DNA from: a virus
Lineage: Duplodnaviria > Heunggongvirae > Uroviricota > Caudoviricetes
Virus record (IMG/VR): IMGVR_UViG_3300033804_000036
Reading direction: 5' to 3' (one strand)
Length of the DNA: 26,405 nucleotides
Numbering within the stretch: position 1 is the first letter of the stretch; each line of letters opens with the position of its first letter. This document shows, piece by piece, positions 24,072 to 26,405 of this stretch. Position numbers and translations under genes: made by a program. The notes under the pieces are model-generated. The model was not told where the DNA came from, searched no databases, and saw only the letters and a list, made by a program, of their open reading frames with translations.

Positions 24072-24761
24072 TTAGTGGTGTTTTCCGCCCTGTCCGCCTA
24101 CTAACAAGAAAACGTCGAACGGCACGTCTGGCGCTGTTCTTCCCAGTGGGTTGTCAATCGGCAGTGAGGCAGTGTAGTTGCCCATGCCAGATCCATAGCT
24201 TTGACCTAGCCCCGCAGAAGTTGTCGGACCATAAGTACCCATACCTTCAAACTGGCTGGAAGGCAAATGCATCGACGAAGGAACTGATATTTTCTCTCCT
24301 AGCATGTATGAAGGAGAATGGGTTCCCATGACAGCATATCTGCCTGACGGCTGATGCACTGGATATCCAGCTTCAGTTGGCGGCGATAACACCGTTCCTA
24401 ACCTTGCTTGGGTCTGAGGCGACAAATATCCTGAACGCGCAACCGACGCTGAGGCAGAAGCCGCGTTGAACGTGCCCCAACTTGTCAATTCAGCAATTCC
24501 GAAGCCTATAGCCGCTGCTGAACCGAACAGTAGCACGTTGCGGGCTATACCTTCTTTCTTCGTGTATCCGTATGCACCTATGAATCCTAACGTGCCGAGA
24601 AGGAATGGAAACAGAGTTCTATACGTGACTCCCAAAAGGTCTCCTGACGGAACGTTTCCGACGAAGTAGAAATGTGCTGCACCGAAGATTGCTGCACCTA
24701 CACCGGCAGCTAAAACGCCGTACCCGACTTTTTTCCATGTACCTTTCTGAAACTTTGCCAT
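24072..24761 (-). CDS. Three-TM membrane protein, paralogue B with long Ser/Gly/Pro-rich tail (229 aa)
   Basis: Near-identical TM region to 23521-23964; start likely MAKFQKG at 24761 because MMENQQ is the GGAGAACC leader. Confidence 0.78.
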   Translation of the reverse strand: MAKFQKGTWKKVGYGVLAAGVGAAIFGAAHFYFVGNVPSGDLLGVTYRTLFPFLLGTLGFIGAYGYTKKEGIARNVLLFGSAAAIGFGIAELTSWGTFNAASASASVARSGYLSPQTQARLGTVLSPPTEAGYPVHQPSGRYAVMGTHSPSYMLGEKISVPSSMHLPSSQFEGMGTYGPTTSAGLGQSYGSGMGNYTASLPIDNPLGRTAPDVPFDVFLLVGGQGGKHH

Positions 24762-24766
24762 CTGCT

Positions 24767-24813
24767 GGTTCTCCATCATAACTTTTTGTCTTACACGCTT
24801 TTTAAAGCTTACC
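24767..24813 (-). promoter_or_regulatory. Promoter: TTTAAAAA (24799-24806) + 24 nt + GGAGAACC (24767-24774)
   Basis: The upstream gene's TAA (24809-24811) is embedded in the conserved promoter block. Confidence 0.78.
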
Positions 24814-25453
24814 CTATCGGCGTCGGCTGAACCTGTTCACGCCTTTTTTTGCTGCGTTTCCACAGGTAGTAGGCCAATGCTCCTACGCCGACTACGCCGA
24901 CTCCGACTGCTACCCAAGTCCAGTTTACGCCTCCGCCCGTGTCTGCGGATTCTAAAGAAGGAGGGTAAACAAAGTTTGTTTCAACCAACATGACGTCGAC
25001 TGAATACGTGTCTTCGATGATCTCGTGTTTTTCCAGAAGCCAGCCTGTGATCTTGTCCCAAATGTAGGTTTCATGAACGTTTCCAGCCTCGTAAGAGGCA
25101 ACTAACGCTTTTCGAGCAACCGCGTTTACGACAACGTCCACTTCAGCCTGGATAGGCACTTCCATCGTCGCAGAAGATTCGACGGGCAGCCAAACGTAGT
25201 CGCCGATTTTAAGGTTAGGCGGAATTATTGTTCCTTTGCCCACTTCGTAAATGCTTGTGCGCGGGTTGAAAGTGAAAGTCAACGTGTTTGTTGAACGGTC
25301 GCTGTTAAGACCTACCGCCGTGACGGTGACCGTGTCGTTGGACAGGACAGTGATGACTGTGTACGTAGTTTGCACTAGACAAGCGTCAGACTGTGATGGA
25401 GTATAGGTCCATCCAAGCTTCACGTAATCGCCTGATTCAACGCCTAGACCCAT
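24809..25453 (-). CDS. Beta-rich protein with C-terminal TM anchor and basic tail (214 aa)
   Basis: WTWVAVGVGVVGVGALAYYLW-KRSKKRR; no signal peptide. Confidence 0.72.
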   Translation of the reverse strand: MGLGVESGDYVKLGWTYTPSQSDACLVQTTYTVITVLSNDTVTVTAVGLNSDRSTNTLTFTFNPRTSIYEVGKGTIIPPNLKIGDYVWLPVESSATMEVPIQAEVDVVVNAVARKALVASYEAGNVHETYIWDKITGWLLEKHEIIEDTYSVDVMLVETNFVYPPSLESADTGGGVNWTWVAVGVGVVGVGALAYYLWKRSKKRREQVQPTPIG

Positions 25454-25463
25454 TCATAACACC

Positions 25464-26405
25464 TCAAAGAGCGGTTATCCACGCTCCAGCGGTGATGGTC
25501 ATGTCTTGATCAACTGTTGTGGTCCACGGGTTGTTAGTGGAGTATGAGGCTGTTGGCATGTTGCTGTTGGCGTTGATGATTTTCTCCCATTCAAACGTGT
25601 ATCCTGCAGGTATGGTTCCAGTGATTGTCGCAGTAAACGTTACTGACGCCCCAGCAGGAACCGTGTATGCACCTGCCCCGCCGAGGAGGACGCCGCCTGA
25701 CATTGCCTGCACCGTGATGCTGACCCCTGGTGGCACTGTTGGGTTTGTAATCGTCAATGTTACGGTTCCTCCGCCAGTGCCAGTGCCGCGGAAATAGAAG
25801 CCTTCAGGCCATGGCGGGGCGTGAAGCCCGATAAGGCAGGTTGCTGATCGAGGAAGACTCTTAAGACCGATAGGCATCCATTCAGCAGTCACGTAATGGA
25901 GAGATGGTGCCGCAGGCGTCCATTCCTTGTTGCTTCCGTAATCTCCAGCCGGGCAGTTTGCCGCGTCTGTCACGTTTGCAGTGCAGACACCCAGATCGCT
26001 TGCTTCGCATAGTGCTTCTGTTCCAGTGTAGGTTTGTCCGTCTGTAAGTCTTTCACTATGCGTGAATACTAGATCGCATATCCATGAGCGGTAGAAATGT
26101 TGTTCGGATAGCGGGTTTTTGTTGAGAAGCCGGTATGAAACGGCGACGGCTGCTACACCGTCAGCATTGGTTCTTATATACAATGGTTTAGAGTCGCATC
26201 CTGATTGTCCAGCGAGAAACAGTTGGCCGCCGAGCGGAACGTCAGGTGGTGTTACGTAGATTGCAAGTTCAATGTTGGGTATTGGCTGGCTGTTCGAGTC
26301 GAGAACTGCCCATTGGAAAATGGAGATATCATAGTTTTCTGGGTCGTCATACCATTTAGGTGTTCCGTCCGCGTTGTAAAAGTAGCCTTCGCTTGAACAG
26401 TTTGT
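25464..26405 (-). CDS. Ig-like (Big_1/invasin-like) domain protein, 5'-truncated by the window edge
   Basis: The frame of track ORF 25464-26183 stays open to 26405; added sequence includes VLDSNSQPIPNIELAIY, just before TNADGVA, an Ig-like motif pair. Confidence 0.7.
   Translation of the reverse strand, partial: TNCSSEGYFYNADGTPKWYDDPENYDISIFQWAVLDSNSQPIPNIELAIYVTPPDVPLGGQLFLAGQSGCDSKPLYIRTNADGVAAVAVSYRLLNKNPLSEQHFYRSWICDLVFTHSERLTDGQTYTGTEALCEASDLGVCTANVTDAANCPAGDYGSNKEWTPAAPSLHYVTAEWMPIGLKSLPRSATCLIGLHAPPWPEGFYFRGTGTGGGTVTLTITNPTVPPGVSITVQAMSGGVLLGGAGAYTVPAGASVTFTATITGTIPAGYTFEWEKIINANSNMPTASYSTNNPWTTTVDQDMTITAGAWITAL

Larger units (their letters stand above)
1..26405. mobile_element. Probable archaeal virus/provirus genome segment (virion structural module plus glycosylation module)
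   Basis: Compact operons of orphan beta-rich and small membrane proteins, spike-like beta-helix protein, HNH-like nuclease, DUF6582-like protein, RHH proteins, shared strong archaeal promoters, no housekeeping genes. No packaging ATPase, polymerase or integrase in the window, so this is inference. Confidence 0.6.

Noticed and set aside
2689-26183. Track start positions 2766, 8522, 10619, 12588, 13052, 21357, 24779 and 26183
   Set aside because: Stop/start overlaps, SD or GGAGAACC leaders support starts at 2688, 8498, 10607, 12528, 12995, 21348 and 24761; the last ORF is open to the window edge.

Overview
Gene-dense archaeal-type DNA (TATA boxes, leaderless and GGTGA-type Shine-Dalgarno starts, many stop/start overlaps), most plausibly part of an uncharacterised archaeal virus or provirus with a lipid-containing virion. 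No replication, packaging or integration gene lies in the window, so the viral call is inference. Candidate virion genes include several small beta-rich (possible jelly-roll) proteins, a beta-helix spike, tail-anchored Ig-like proteins without signal peptides, and small membrane proteins. They are interleaved with a sugar-nucleotide and glycosylation set: NeuA-family cytidylyltransferase, DegT aminotransferase, hexapeptide acetyltransferase, Gfo/Idh/MocA oxidoreductase, HAD, B12 radical SAM and three DUF115/Maf-like transferases, two with an N-terminal ribbon-helix-helix-like domain. Directly upstream of the Maf cluster are three tandem paralogues made of DNA-identical constant blocks and variable blocks. 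A conserved promoter architecture (TATA + 21-25 nt + GGAGAACC) heads most structural transcription units. I also found by hand several small genes missing from the ORF track and a candidate 72-nt structured RNA.
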